Positions 39,464 to 49,001 of a stretch of DNA of 64,000 bases are shown one piece after another. The stretch's first letter is position 1. The number at the start of each line of letters is the position of its first letter. The notes below the pieces were generated by a model. The model had not been told where the DNA came from, made no database searches, and saw only the letters and a program-made list of their open reading frames with translations. The stretch comes from a virus: IMG/VR virus record IMGVR_UViG_3300030098_001779, positions 18,412-82,411 of that record; one strand, written 5' to 3'. The translations under genes were made by a program, and so were the position numbers.

Positions 39464-41105
39464 GAAAGATGAATTAGTTACATTTGATGATGCCTTTAGT
39501 AAATTAGCTGAAGGTATTACTACAGGTAATACATCATATCAAGTTGGTAGTTTCTATGAGTTTCTTAGAGATACATGGTCACAAAGTTTTGATAATCCTG
39601 AATACTTTAATGCTTGGCATGTTGGTGTTCTTGCCGATGATATTGAAGATTGTCTAGAAAAAGGTCTAAATTATGTAGCAGTGTTACCACGTTTTCATTT
39701 TAAATCTACTATTTTAGGGCATGCTTTCAGTGTTTGGAGACTATTGAAAGCTAAAAGAGACATGTCTATACTTTATTTATCTTATAGTGATGGTATGGCA
39801 AGATATCATTTACAAGAAATAAATAAAACAATAAATAGAAATCCACAATTGTTGGATATGATGGACAACCGATCTCCAAAAGCAGATTACTCATTTAGAT
39901 ACCATGTAAATAAAAAACCAGTAGAAATCATGCATGGTGGATTATTCTCTTTCAAAAGAGGTATGCATGTTAATGGTGCTTTAATTGCTGATGACGTATT
40001 GAGAGATCCTGAAAACCCTCTTAACACAGGTCAGATAACTAAGGTTGAAGATCATTTTATGACAGAAAGTTTATTCATCCCACTAAAAGGTGTACCTGTA
40101 ATTGTACTAGGTACTCCAATGATGCCGGGAGACTTACTGAGTAATTTACAAAAAGATGACAGATTTAAATCAAGAGTGTTGCCAGCGTTAGATCCAACAC
40201 CAGATAGAAGAGTATTGATGCCAGAACTATACAGTGAGAAGTGGCTACTAGATCAACAAAAAGCAAGACCTAAGTCGTTTGCTTCAGAGTTTTTGCTAGT
40301 ACCTCACTTCGCAACTGAAGCGTACTTTAGTGAAGATGACATTGTAAAATGTGAAGATGAAACACTAAAAAGCTATTCTGCACATCAAACTTTTAAAACT
40401 GAAGCAGGTGACCAATTGTTTGCAGGATTTGATGTAGGTAAAAAGAGACACCCATCTCATCTGGTTATATTTAGAAGAAGGGGTGATAAGATAGAACAAG
40501 TACATCAATCTTGGTTAGATGGATGGAGCTATTCAGATCAGATACAATATTTGAATGAAATAGCTGAAAATTACAACTTAGAGAAAGGTTACATAGATAA
40601 TACAAGAGGGGAACTAGAAGATAGAGGACTAGATCATGTCTGGCACTCTATGACATTCTCACAGAAAAGTAAACGAACTATGGCTCAGATTTTTGAAGAA
40701 TATGTATATTCTGATAATCTAACCTTAATAAAAGATGAAAGACAGAAACAACAAATATTATCTGTTAGTAATGACCTTAAAGCACCAGAGACTCCGATGG
40801 GGCATGGAGATGCGTTCTTCTCAATAGCTATGGCATTACAAGCAGCTTACGAAACAACCCTTTACAGATACGAAAGTTTAGGTAGTGCTACTGATTGGCT
40901 AGAGGCAGTATCACCTGAAGAAAAAAATACTGTAAAAGAACAAACTAAGTTACCTGACCTGTCAAAATGGACAGGAAATGAGTATAATAATAAGACAGAT
41001 AAAATACAAAAAGCCCCGAACCCAAACTGCGATGAGATGGTTTGTATGCCGAGCTTTTGGGTAGAAGAAAGAAATTTATGCCTGTACTGTGGGTACAGAG
41101 GATAG
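39438..41105 (+). CDS. terL: Terminase large subunit
   Basis: PRFHFKST Walker A variant, RG.H...LIADD Walker B, GTP motif III, GFDVG and HGDAF nuclease motifs. Confidence 0.9.
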   Translation: MRSETTLNKKDELVTFDDAFSKLAEGITTGNTSYQVGSFYEFLRDTWSQSFDNPEYFNAWHVGVLADDIEDCLEKGLNYVAVLPRFHFKSTILGHAFSVWRLLKAKRDMSILYLSYSDGMARYHLQEINKTINRNPQLLDMMDNRSPKADYSFRYHVNKKPVEIMHGGLFSFKRGMHVNGALIADDVLRDPENPLNTGQITKVEDHFMTESLFIPLKGVPVIVLGTPMMPGDLLSNLQKDDRFKSRVLPALDPTPDRRVLMPELYSEKWLLDQQKARPKSFASEFLLVPHFATEAYFSEDDIVKCEDETLKSYSAHQTFKTEAGDQLFAGFDVGKKRHPSHLVIFRRRGDKIEQVHQSWLDGWSYSDQIQYLNEIAENYNLEKGYIDNTRGELEDRGLDHVWHSMTFSQKSKRTMAQIFEEYVYSDNLTLIKDERQKQQILSVSNDLKAPETPMGHGDAFFSIAMALQAAYETTLYRYESLGSATDWLEAVSPEEKNTVKEQTKLPDLSKWTGNEYNNKTDKIQKAPNPNCDEMVCMPSFWVEERNLCLYCGYRG

Positions 41106-42996
41106 GAAGGAGATCACATTGGTCACGCAATTAACACAACAAGCAGAAACAGTTGCATCAAGTCGATACTATTTAAAGGACGAAAACAACGAAGTTATTG
41201 AAACAGCAGATGATATGTTTGAACGAGTAGGTCAAGCAATCGCAAAAGTAGACATGGAACTCTATGGTAAGTTAGCTGCTGAAGCAGCACTAACAGCTGT
41301 AGATTTTACAGACATGATGAAGAAATTAAAATTTGTACCTAACTCTCCTACTTTAATGAACGCAGGGACTGAACAAGGAACTTTATCAGCATGTTTTGTA
41401 TTACCTCTAAAAGATAGCATGGAAGATATTATGAAGACTGCTCATGATATAGCCATGGTACAAAAGTTTGGGGGAGGAACAGGATTTGCTCTTAGTGAAT
41501 TAAGACCAAGAGGTGACCGAATAAAAACAACTCACGGTATTGCATGTGGTCCAATACAAGTATTACAAACACTATCTAGGGTATCATCTATGATTACCCA
41601 AGGTGGTAAAAGAGATGGTGCTAATATGGCAGTGATGTCAGTATACCATCCAGATATATTAGAATTTATTGACTGTAAAAAAGTTGAAGGTGAAATACAT
41701 AACTTTAACATATCAGTAGGGGTAGATGCAGACTTTATGAAAGCAGTACAAGCTAATCTTAAATACCCATTAATCAATCCAAAGAGTAAACAAGTAGTGG
41801 GTGAGTTAAATGCTAGAGAAGTATTTGATAAAATAGTATATGGAGCTTGGAGAAATGGTGAACCGGGCATGATATTCTTAGACAATGTAAACAAAGATAA
41901 TCATGTAAAAGCAGAATATGGCGAAATGATTGCTACAAACCCTTGTGGTGAACAACCTTTACTAGGAAATGAGTCATGTAATTTAGGTTCTATTAATTTA
42001 GCAAAGTTTTTTCATGAAGATTACAATGATGTTGATTGGAGAGAACTAGAAAAAACTGTTAAAAGTGCTGTACATTTCTTAGATAATGTGATAGATGCTA
42101 ACAAATATGCAACCCCTGAGATAGAAAAAATGACTAAATCTACAAGAAAAATAGGTTTAGGCGTAATGGGATTCGCAGATTTGCTAATTCAGCTAAAAAT
42201 TAAGTATAATAGTATAGAAGGGCGTAAATTAGGTAAAGATATTATGTCCTTTATAAGAGACAAAGCTGATGCAGAGTCTAAAAAAATAGCTAATGAAAGA
42301 GGTACTTTTCCTGCATGGAACGAAAGTGACTATGGAGAAGATGAAAAATACAGAAATGCTTGTAGATTAACAGTAGCTCCAACAGGAACTATCTCTATGT
42401 TAGCAGATACTTCTAGTGGTATAGAGCCTACATTTGCTCTAGCTTGGAAAAAGTCAAACATACTAGAAGGACAGACTTTGTATTATGTAAATAAATACTT
42501 TGAGGCAGATGCTAAAAGACATAACTTCTATTCAGAAGATTTGATGGAGCATTTATCTCAAGGCGGTTCTTTACAAACAAGAGAAGATGTGCCACCATGG
42601 GCGAAGGATATATACATCACTGCTCCTGAGATATCTGCTGAGGATCATGTAGAGATGCAAGCAGCTTTCCAAGAGGATTGTGATTCAGGTATATCAAAAA
42701 CAATTAACTTCCCTAATGAGGCAACTATCGCTGATGTTGAAGCTGCTTATGTACATGCTTGGAAGCTAGGTTGTAAAGGTATTACAGTCTACAGAGCTGG
42801 TAGCAGACAGATTGAAGTCTTGGTAAAAGGAACTGAAGAAAAAGAAGAAAACGATAGTACAGAACAAATGAGTTTCTTTGATATGGTTGAGACACCAGAA
42901 TCAACACCTGAGTGTTGTGAGTCTCCTAACATAGTTATGGAGTCTGGCTGTGAAACTTGTAAAGTCTGTGGATGGAGTATGTGCCATGTCGCTTAA
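41089..42996 (+). CDS. nrdJ: Ribonucleotide reductase class II, adenosylcobalamin-dependent (likely start TTG 41119)
   Basis: [52 protein letters not shown]-terminal C..CG.S.C; no small subunit nearby. Confidence 0.9.
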   Translation: MGTEDRKEITLVTQLTQQAETVASSRYYLKDENNEVIETADDMFERVGQAIAKVDMELYGKLAAEAALTAVDFTDMMKKLKFVPNSPTLMNAGTEQGTLSACFVLPLKDSMEDIMKTAHDIAMVQKFGGGTGFALSELRPRGDRIKTTHGIACGPIQVLQTLSRVSSMITQGGKRDGANMAVMSVYHPDILEFIDCKKVEGEIHNFNISVGVDADFMKAVQANLKYPLINPKSKQVVGELNAREVFDKIVYGAWRNGEPGMIFLDNVNKDNHVKAEYGEMIATNPCGEQPLLGNESCNLGSINLAKFFHEDYNDVDWRELEKTVKSAVHFLDNVIDANKYATPEIEKMTKSTRKIGLGVMGFADLLIQLKIKYNSIEGRKLGKDIMSFIRDKADAESKKIANERGTFPAWNESDYGEDEKYRNACRLTVAPTGTISMLADTSSGIEPTFALAWKKSNILEGQTLYYVNKYFEADAKRHNFYSEDLMEHLSQGGSLQTREDVPPWAKDIYITAPEISAEDHVEMQAAFQEDCDSGISKTINFPNEATIADVEAAYVHAWKLGCKGITVYRAGSRQIEVLVKGTEEKEENDSTEQMSFFDMVETPESTPECCESPNIVMESGCETCKVCGWSMCHVA

Positions 42997-43219
42997 TAGA
43001 ACCTTTAGTATTTTTACTAATATAATAGAGAAAGCAAAAAAGAAAAAATCATCAGTTAATCAAGCTGGTAATTACACTAAACCTGCTATGAGAAAAAGGC
43101 AGTTCGCTGCTATCAAAGCTGGTAGTAAAGGTGGTGCTCCCGGACAATGGTCTGCTAGGAAAGCACAATTACTTGCACAAAGATATAAGAAAGCTGGTGG
43201 AGGATATAGGAAGAAATAA
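42950..43219 (+). CDS. Basic phage protein, DUF5872-like N-terminal part (likely start 42986)
   Basis: NYTKP..R....AGSKGG.PGQWSARKAQLLA..YKKAGGGY. Confidence 0.65.
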   Translation: MKLVKSVDGVCAMSLNRTFSIFTNIIEKAKKKKSSVNQAGNYTKPAMRKRQFAAIKAGSKGGAPGQWSARKAQLLAQRYKKAGGGYRKK

Positions 43220-43494
43220 TGGCTAAGACTGAAGGACAAAGATCTCTTAGCAGATGGACTGATCAAGATTGGGATTACGTTACTGCTAGAGATAAAAAGA
43301 AACCTAAAAGTAAAAGAGGTAGATATTTACCTAAAAAAGTACGTCAAGGTCTAACTGCGTCACAGAAAGCTGCTACTAATCGTAAGAAACGAAAAGCTGG
43401 TGGTGTAGGTAGTCGTGCTAAATATTCAAAAAAAGTAGCAAGTAGAGTTGGAGCAATTAGCAAACTCTTAAATTATGTAAAAGGACTCAGATAA
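43219..43494 (+). CDS. Basic phage protein, DUF5872-like C-terminal part
   Basis: Q.SL..WT.QDW...GRYLPKK...L...KAATNR.KR. Confidence 0.65.
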   Translation: MAKTEGQRSLSRWTDQDWDYVTARDKKKPKSKRGRYLPKKVRQGLTASQKAATNRKKRKAGGVGSRAKYSKKVASRVGAISKLLNYVKGLR

Positions 43495-43497
43495 TAC

Positions 43498-43527
43498 TTG
43501 ACAAAGCTACGTCAAATATGATATAAT
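43498..43527 (+). promoter_or_regulatory. Sigma70-type promoter TTGACA-N18-TATAAT with TTGAC-N8-GTCAA palindrome
   Basis: ttgacaaagctacgtcaaatatgatataat. Confidence 0.8.
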
Positions 43528-43558
43528 AGAGTAAAGTATAGAAAACAGGAGGTCAATT

Positions 43559-44011
43559 ATGGCTATTGGAAGTTTACTAAGAGACAGAGATATACAGTAT
43601 GTTGCAATCAAAGATGATGCAACTAAAACATGGAGAATATTAGATACATGGAGCCCAGCATTAAAGGATTTTGATTCTGAAGATGATATTCCAGATGATA
43701 GTGCTGCAGTATCTATTATAACAGAAGCTGCATTTATTGCATTGATTAAGGAAGCAACTCGTTTAGGTGTGTTAGAAAATGCTTCTTTAGGCGGTGGCGA
43801 AGTAAATGATGAAGATTTACTTGCATTAGAGCGTGAAAATCAAGAATTACACGAAAAACTGTCGAAAATGGAGCAAAATGTAGTAAAATATAAAGAGGAA
43901 CCAAAAAAACCTCAATACTCAGAAAATTATGCGATAAAGGATAGAGCTATTCAAGCTATTATAAATCTTGCAGGTATGGCTGATGTAGAAAAAATAAGTG
44001 AGGATAAATAA
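43559..44011 (+). CDS. Hypothetical protein
   Basis: AGGAGG RBS. Confidence 0.65.
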   Translation: MAIGSLLRDRDIQYVAIKDDATKTWRILDTWSPALKDFDSEDDIPDDSAAVSIITEAAFIALIKEATRLGVLENASLGGGEVNDEDLLALERENQELHEKLSKMEQNVVKYKEEPKKPQYSENYAIKDRAIQAIINLAGMADVEKISEDK

Positions 44012-44013
44012 TT

Positions 44014-45675
44014 ATGGCAAAACTATCAGAATTTCTTCCAGATGTTCCAGAGGTTGCTAAAACAATTGCTAGTTTAAACGAACAAATTAACATGTTGCAG
44101 TTGTCAAAAGCAGCAGGTGATACCGGACAAGCTCCGACTATCGGTCTTGATCATGTTGTAAACACATGGGTCAGACATCAGATGGCATATCGTCAACAAC
44201 TTGTAATGGATTTACAGACTATTACTTATTCTGTACAAGAAATACGAGGTCCGTTGACACATATCACAGGTGAAGTATTTAGACGTGGTATGAAGATAAA
44301 GCCTAAAGTAAAAGATCCTGATAAATCACAATTAGTAAGATTTAGTAAGTTCCTCACTGATTCAAACGTATTTGACCAAAGTCTTGAAGAAGTTTTAAGA
44401 CAATTTCACTATGATTTAAACTCTATTGATGATGCCTTTTTATATTTAGCAAAAGAATATGAAGAACTACCTAATGGTAAACTAGGTGCAAAAGTAAAAG
44501 AAATCAGAAGGTTGAACCCTGCATTAGTAGAATTTGACTTAGATGCAGCAGGTTTACCTAAAAATGCACATTTCTTATGTCCTATAGACAGGACTGATGT
44601 CGCTGAAGAACCGGGTACGTCTAAAAAAGGTTACAAGAGAATACCTGCAATGTATAAGTATTACCACAGAAACCAACACATGTACTTAGCAGATTCAGAA
44701 GTAATACATCTATCTAAGTTCTCACCATCTGAAACTTATGGATGGTCACCTATATTAACAGTATTTGAAAAAGCCTTAACACTTATAGGTATGGATAAAA
44801 ACTTATACCGATACTTCTTTGAAAGAAAGATGCCTGCTTCTATGATCATGGTAACTACTGATGATCCTGAAAGTTTAAGAAGGGAAAGAGCACATATAGC
44901 GGCTCAAACAAGACTTGACCCTAACTTTATACCTATGGTAGCAGTATCATCAAGAAACAATAGAGGTAGAGTTGACATGGTAAGATTGTTCCACACATTA
45001 CAAGAGATGGATTACTTACCAGTAAAACAAGAAATAAGAGAAAGAATTGCATCTATGTGGGGAGTATCTCCTACATGGCAAGGAACACCTGAAGCATTTG
45101 GTGGAATGTCAGCAACTACACAAAACTTAACAGTGATGAGTAGAGTGGTAGAATCAGATCAAAGACTATTCCATGAAAAAGTATTCCCAGAATTGTTAAA
45201 AGCGTTTGGTGTAACTGATTATGAAATAGAATTACCTAGACCTGAAGAAAAAGCAGATGCAACTATAATCTCTCACACTCAACAAAAAGTAGCTATGGCA
45301 AGTCAATTAAGTCAATTAGGATTCACTGTTGAATTAAAAGAGAAAAATGAAACTGACATGCTAGAGATTGACTTCGTAATAAGTGGTGAACCAGTTCCAA
45401 CTGCTAAGATGCAAGGTGAACAACAAGCTATGCAGTTAGAACAACAGCAACAACAGATTGAACAAGCTAAACAACAAGCTGAAATGGCTCAGATGCAAGC
45501 AGTTCTTCAAGAAGAATCTGAAGAGCCTACAGGCGAAGATGATGTTGAAAAGATGGAGAAAGGATATCCATTTAAAAACCTAGATGATTTCTTAGACTAT
45601 GATCCTGAAGAAAAATCAGAAGATGATGAGTATTCTCATATCGAAGAAGTCGATGATGAAGAACATGATGACTAG
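44014..45675 (+). CDS. Portal protein
   Basis: D....DDAFL, EVIH...YGWSPI, N..YFF....P, QEMDY....IA..WGV.P portal motifs; Q/E-rich tail. Confidence 0.85.
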   Translation: MAKLSEFLPDVPEVAKTIASLNEQINMLQLSKAAGDTGQAPTIGLDHVVNTWVRHQMAYRQQLVMDLQTITYSVQEIRGPLTHITGEVFRRGMKIKPKVKDPDKSQLVRFSKFLTDSNVFDQSLEEVLRQFHYDLNSIDDAFLYLAKEYEELPNGKLGAKVKEIRRLNPALVEFDLDAAGLPKNAHFLCPIDRTDVAEEPGTSKKGYKRIPAMYKYYHRNQHMYLADSEVIHLSKFSPSETYGWSPILTVFEKALTLIGMDKNLYRYFFERKMPASMIMVTTDDPESLRRERAHIAAQTRLDPNFIPMVAVSSRNNRGRVDMVRLFHTLQEMDYLPVKQEIRERIASMWGVSPTWQGTPEAFGGMSATTQNLTVMSRVVESDQRLFHEKVFPELLKAFGVTDYEIELPRPEEKADATIISHTQQKVAMASQLSQLGFTVELKEKNETDMLEIDFVISGEPVPTAKMQGEQQAMQLEQQQQQIEQAKQQAEMAQMQAVLQEESEEPTGEDDVEKMEKGYPFKNLDDFLDYDPEEKSEDDEYSHIEEVDDEEHDD

Positions 45676-45683
45676 GAGATAAG

Positions 45684-48600
45684 ATGACTTGGTTTGAAAA
45701 ACAAGGTAGAGAAGGTCTAGTTCCCAAGAAAATTACTGAAACTGTACGCCCAAAGCAAGGTCAAACTTACGAAAGACTAACTACAGTTTATGTAAAACCT
45801 GAAGTCCCTGAGTTCGTTAATGATTGGTTAAAGAACTTTGATTCGCAGGTTCCTGTATATTTAGTAGGTGGTTCTGTAAGAGACAGCATATTAGGTAAGG
45901 CTCCAAAAGATATAGATGTAATTACATTTAAACCTAAAGAAGATATAGAGACTAGATTAAAAACGTCTGATACTAAATTTTATCAAGGTGGTAAAAACTT
46001 ACCTAATTTAGTTACAGCTAATTTAGGCAATAATCAACTTATAGATATTATTAGTGTAGATGGTGATATAGAAAGTGAATTAGTTAGAAGAGATTTTACT
46101 ATAAATGCTATGGCACAAAGACCAGATGGTGAAATAATAGATCCTTTTGGTGGTAGAGAAGACTTAAAAAATGGTGTTTTAAAATCTCCAAAAGGTGATA
46201 GTGATAAAGTTTTTAGTGAAGACCCTATTAGAATGTTAAGAGCAGCTAGATTTATAGGAGATTTAAATCTTAAACCAGATAATTCATTAACAGATAGTTT
46301 GAAAAAACAAAAAGACTTACTAGCTGATATGCCGAAAGAAAGAATAGGTATGGAATTTGGTAGGATTATATACTCTAAAGATCCAGTATCTGCGTTAAAA
46401 TTCTTAAAAGAAAACGACTTATTAAAATATATTGATCCAGCTTTACAAAGAACAGTAGGTTTTGTACAAAATTTAGAGGGACATGATTATGATACTTGGA
46501 ATCATACACTAAAATCATTAGAGCATCATATAACTAAAGACAAAGATAAACCTGATCTAGCAACTAGACTAGGTATATTATATCACAATGTGGGAAAACC
46601 TCCTGCGTCAAATTCAAATAATAGTGATTTTAAAAACTATGAAAACATAGGAGCTCAGATTGTAGAGGAAAGTTTAAATAACTTACGTTTTCCATCTGAT
46701 ATAGTAGATGTTGTTAGAAAATTAGTTCAACATCACACATCACCTAGAACTGCAAAAACAGAAGGTGATCATAGAAGAGTACAACTTAAATTAAGAGAGA
46801 ACCTAAATAAACTTAACTTCGTAGCAACTGCTCATGAGGTAGGTAAAGAAGGTAATATAAATGCTGATACTGATCATATCGTATCTTTCCAAGACAGAAT
46901 TGATAAGCTAGATCCAATAGATGTTGAAAATGATAGAGTAAATTTATCTCCTCTAACTGGTAAAGAAATCATGGATGAGTTAGATATTGTGCCTAATAGA
47001 AAAGGTGGTGGTGAAAGAATAGGTAAGATAAAAGACTTTTTAAATCAACTTGTAATTGAAGGCGAGTTAAAACAATCAGATAAAAAAGGAGCTATCAACA
47101 GAGCTAGACAATATCATTCTACATTTACTCAAAAATCTAATAACGTATTAAAGAGCTGGTTAAATATCTTGAAGGCTGAAAAAGATGATGGTTTAAAATT
47201 TGATGCTGATAATAACATAAGTTGGGAAGTTGATAAAGTAGCTCATAGAGAAGCAATAGAAAAGAAACAAAGTGAATTATTTGATGGTAAAAGAAGAAAT
47301 TTAAAATTAGTCCCAAAAAAACTTAGAGATAAAAATGGTAAGGAAGTTACACGATGGTGTAGACCGGGTTGGGAAAATGTACCTCAATCTGAAGGTGGTA
47401 TGGTTACAGATCCTAACTCTATGTATTTCGGAAAGTTTCCCATATCCTCTCATGGACATGATCCTTTAGATCCTAAGTTTAGAGAAAAAAAAGTTAGATT
47501 ACCTCATGTAAATGATGATTTTGATAAACATAAAAACTTTACAGGACATACAGATGAAGAACTAGAACGTGCAAAAAAAGATGGTAATGCGTATAAATCG
47601 GTGCCAGCTAATGTTCATGAACTACATATAAGCCACGATCCGTTTGCTGAATTTCAACATAAAGCTAAAAATAAAGAGAAAGGTACTTTAAGTAGAACTC
47701 AAGGTCCGGGTTATACACATCCAGAAATTAAAGCATTAAAAGATGATCAAAAAGAATATAGAATAAAAGCATTAAGAAAACAGATGCCTTTATTAAATAA
47801 AGAGTTAGAGACTCAATATAACAGTGATAAACCTGATGTAAGAGCTTTAATGACAGGTATTATGATGGAAACAGGGCTTAGGATAGGAAATCCTGATGAT
47901 ACATTTAAGAGCATAAAAGACGCTAAAAAAGCAGAATCATATGCAACTTCTACATTTAAAAAGAAACATATATCAGTAACAGATGATACAATTAAATATA
48001 ATTTTCCGGGCAAAATGAAGACTATACAGTCTGGAACTATAAAAAATGCTGGATTAGCAAAAGGTTTAGAAACTATTTTAAAAAATAAAGAAGAAGATGA
48101 TTTTGTGTTTGAACAGAATGGTAAGTTTTATGATGAAGGTGCTGTTCAAAAATATCATAATGCAGTTATGAAAGTTAAACAGGGTTATGTAATTAAAAAT
48201 CATAGTTTTAGACATTCAAAAGCAACTAACATGACTATTAAAAACATTAGTGACTTTGTGTCTAAAGCAAAAGGTAGTCTAGGTTTTATAAAAACAGAAG
48301 GAGATTTTCAAGATTTTCAGAAACGAATGGCTACTGATGCAGCAAAACAATTAAATCATCCAGATAATAAGGCAGAGTTTTGGGATACAACTATGACTTT
48401 AGATTCGTACATCCTTCCAAATGTGTTTGGATATACTAAAGAAGGTAAGTATGTCTTATTAAAAGATGAGGTAGATAAAGAAAATACTCAACTTTCTTCT
48501 GACTATCAAAATAAAATGCAAGAATTAACAGGATCTAAGAAGTATAATAAAGTAGCTATACAAACTGTACAACTAGATAAAGCATATGATGGTAGAGAAT

Positions 48601-49001
48601 TTGATCCTACTAGAAAAAAAGAGAAAGACTTAGATACATATGGTGAAAACAGGAAAGATAAAGCCGAAGATAGAGACTTAGGATTAGACAAGATACCTCC
48701 ACATATGAGACCAAGACCTAAATATTACGAAGCTAAATTTGCAAAAACATGGATAGAGGATTTAGCTGATAAAGGTTATCAGTCTCCTATGGTAAAAAGT
48801 TCCAATGGTGATGGAACTAAGATATGGTTTATAGATGGAGGAATAGATTATGTAGCAGATGTTGGAGCAACTGGAGTAAGGCATGTTGAGAAGGCAACTT
48901 TTAGACCACTAGCATCTAATGCAACTAATACAATAAGTTATGATCCAACAGGTAATAACATGAGGGAGCCTGATGATAATGAGGAGGAACTCTATGAGTG
49001 A
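45684..49001 (+). CDS. Fusion: class II tRNA nucleotidyltransferase (probably CC-adding, degenerate HD domain) + type IB DNA topoisomerase + C-terminal domain
   Basis: VGGSVRD, DIDV, RRDFTINAMA, DPFGG.EDL, EDPIRMLRAARF, ERI..E; then ETGLRIGN, YATST..KKH, FPGK, HSFRH, LNH, SYI. Confidence 0.85.
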   Translation: MTWFEKQGREGLVPKKITETVRPKQGQTYERLTTVYVKPEVPEFVNDWLKNFDSQVPVYLVGGSVRDSILGKAPKDIDVITFKPKEDIETRLKTSDTKFYQGGKNLPNLVTANLGNNQLIDIISVDGDIESELVRRDFTINAMAQRPDGEIIDPFGGREDLKNGVLKSPKGDSDKVFSEDPIRMLRAARFIGDLNLKPDNSLTDSLKKQKDLLADMPKERIGMEFGRIIYSKDPVSALKFLKENDLLKYIDPALQRTVGFVQNLEGHDYDTWNHTLKSLEHHITKDKDKPDLATRLGILYHNVGKPPASNSNNSDFKNYENIGAQIVEESLNNLRFPSDIVDVVRKLVQHHTSPRTAKTEGDHRRVQLKLRENLNKLNFVATAHEVGKEGNINADTDHIVSFQDRIDKLDPIDVENDRVNLSPLTGKEIMDELDIVPNRKGGGERIGKIKDFLNQLVIEGELKQSDKKGAINRARQYHSTFTQKSNNVLKSWLNILKAEKDDGLKFDADNNISWEVDKVAHREAIEKKQSELFDGKRRNLKLVPKKLRDKNGKEVTRWCRPGWENVPQSEGGMVTDPNSMYFGKFPISSHGHDPLDPKFREKKVRLPHVNDDFDKHKNFTGHTDEELERAKKDGNAYKSVPANVHELHISHDPFAEFQHKAKNKEKGTLSRTQGPGYTHPEIKALKDDQKEYRIKALRKQMPLLNKELETQYNSDKPDVRALMTGIMMETGLRIGNPDDTFKSIKDAKKAESYATSTFKKKHISVTDDTIKYNFPGKMKTIQSGTIKNAGLAKGLETILKNKEEDDFVFEQNGKFYDEGAVQKYHNAVMKVKQGYVIKNHSFRHSKATNMTIKNISDFVSKAKGSLGFIKTEGDFQDFQKRMATDAAKQLNHPDNKAEFWDTTMTLDSYILPNVFGYTKEGKYVLLKDEVDKENTQLSSDYQNKMQELTGSKKYNKVAIQTVQLDKAYDGREFDPTRKKEKDLDTYGENRKDKAEDRDLGLDKIPPHMRPRPKYYEAKFAKTWIEDLADKGYQSPMVKSSNGDGTKIWFIDGGIDYVADVGATGVRHVEKATFRPLASNATNTISYDPTGNNMREPDDNEEELYE

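Noticed and set aside
47860-48420. Tyrosine recombinase/integrase (TGLR...HSFRH)
   Set aside because: RIGN, the SYA-type segment, FPGK and the SYI tyrosine context fit TopoIB better; the folds are related, so a small doubt remains, but no att site or lysogeny module was seen
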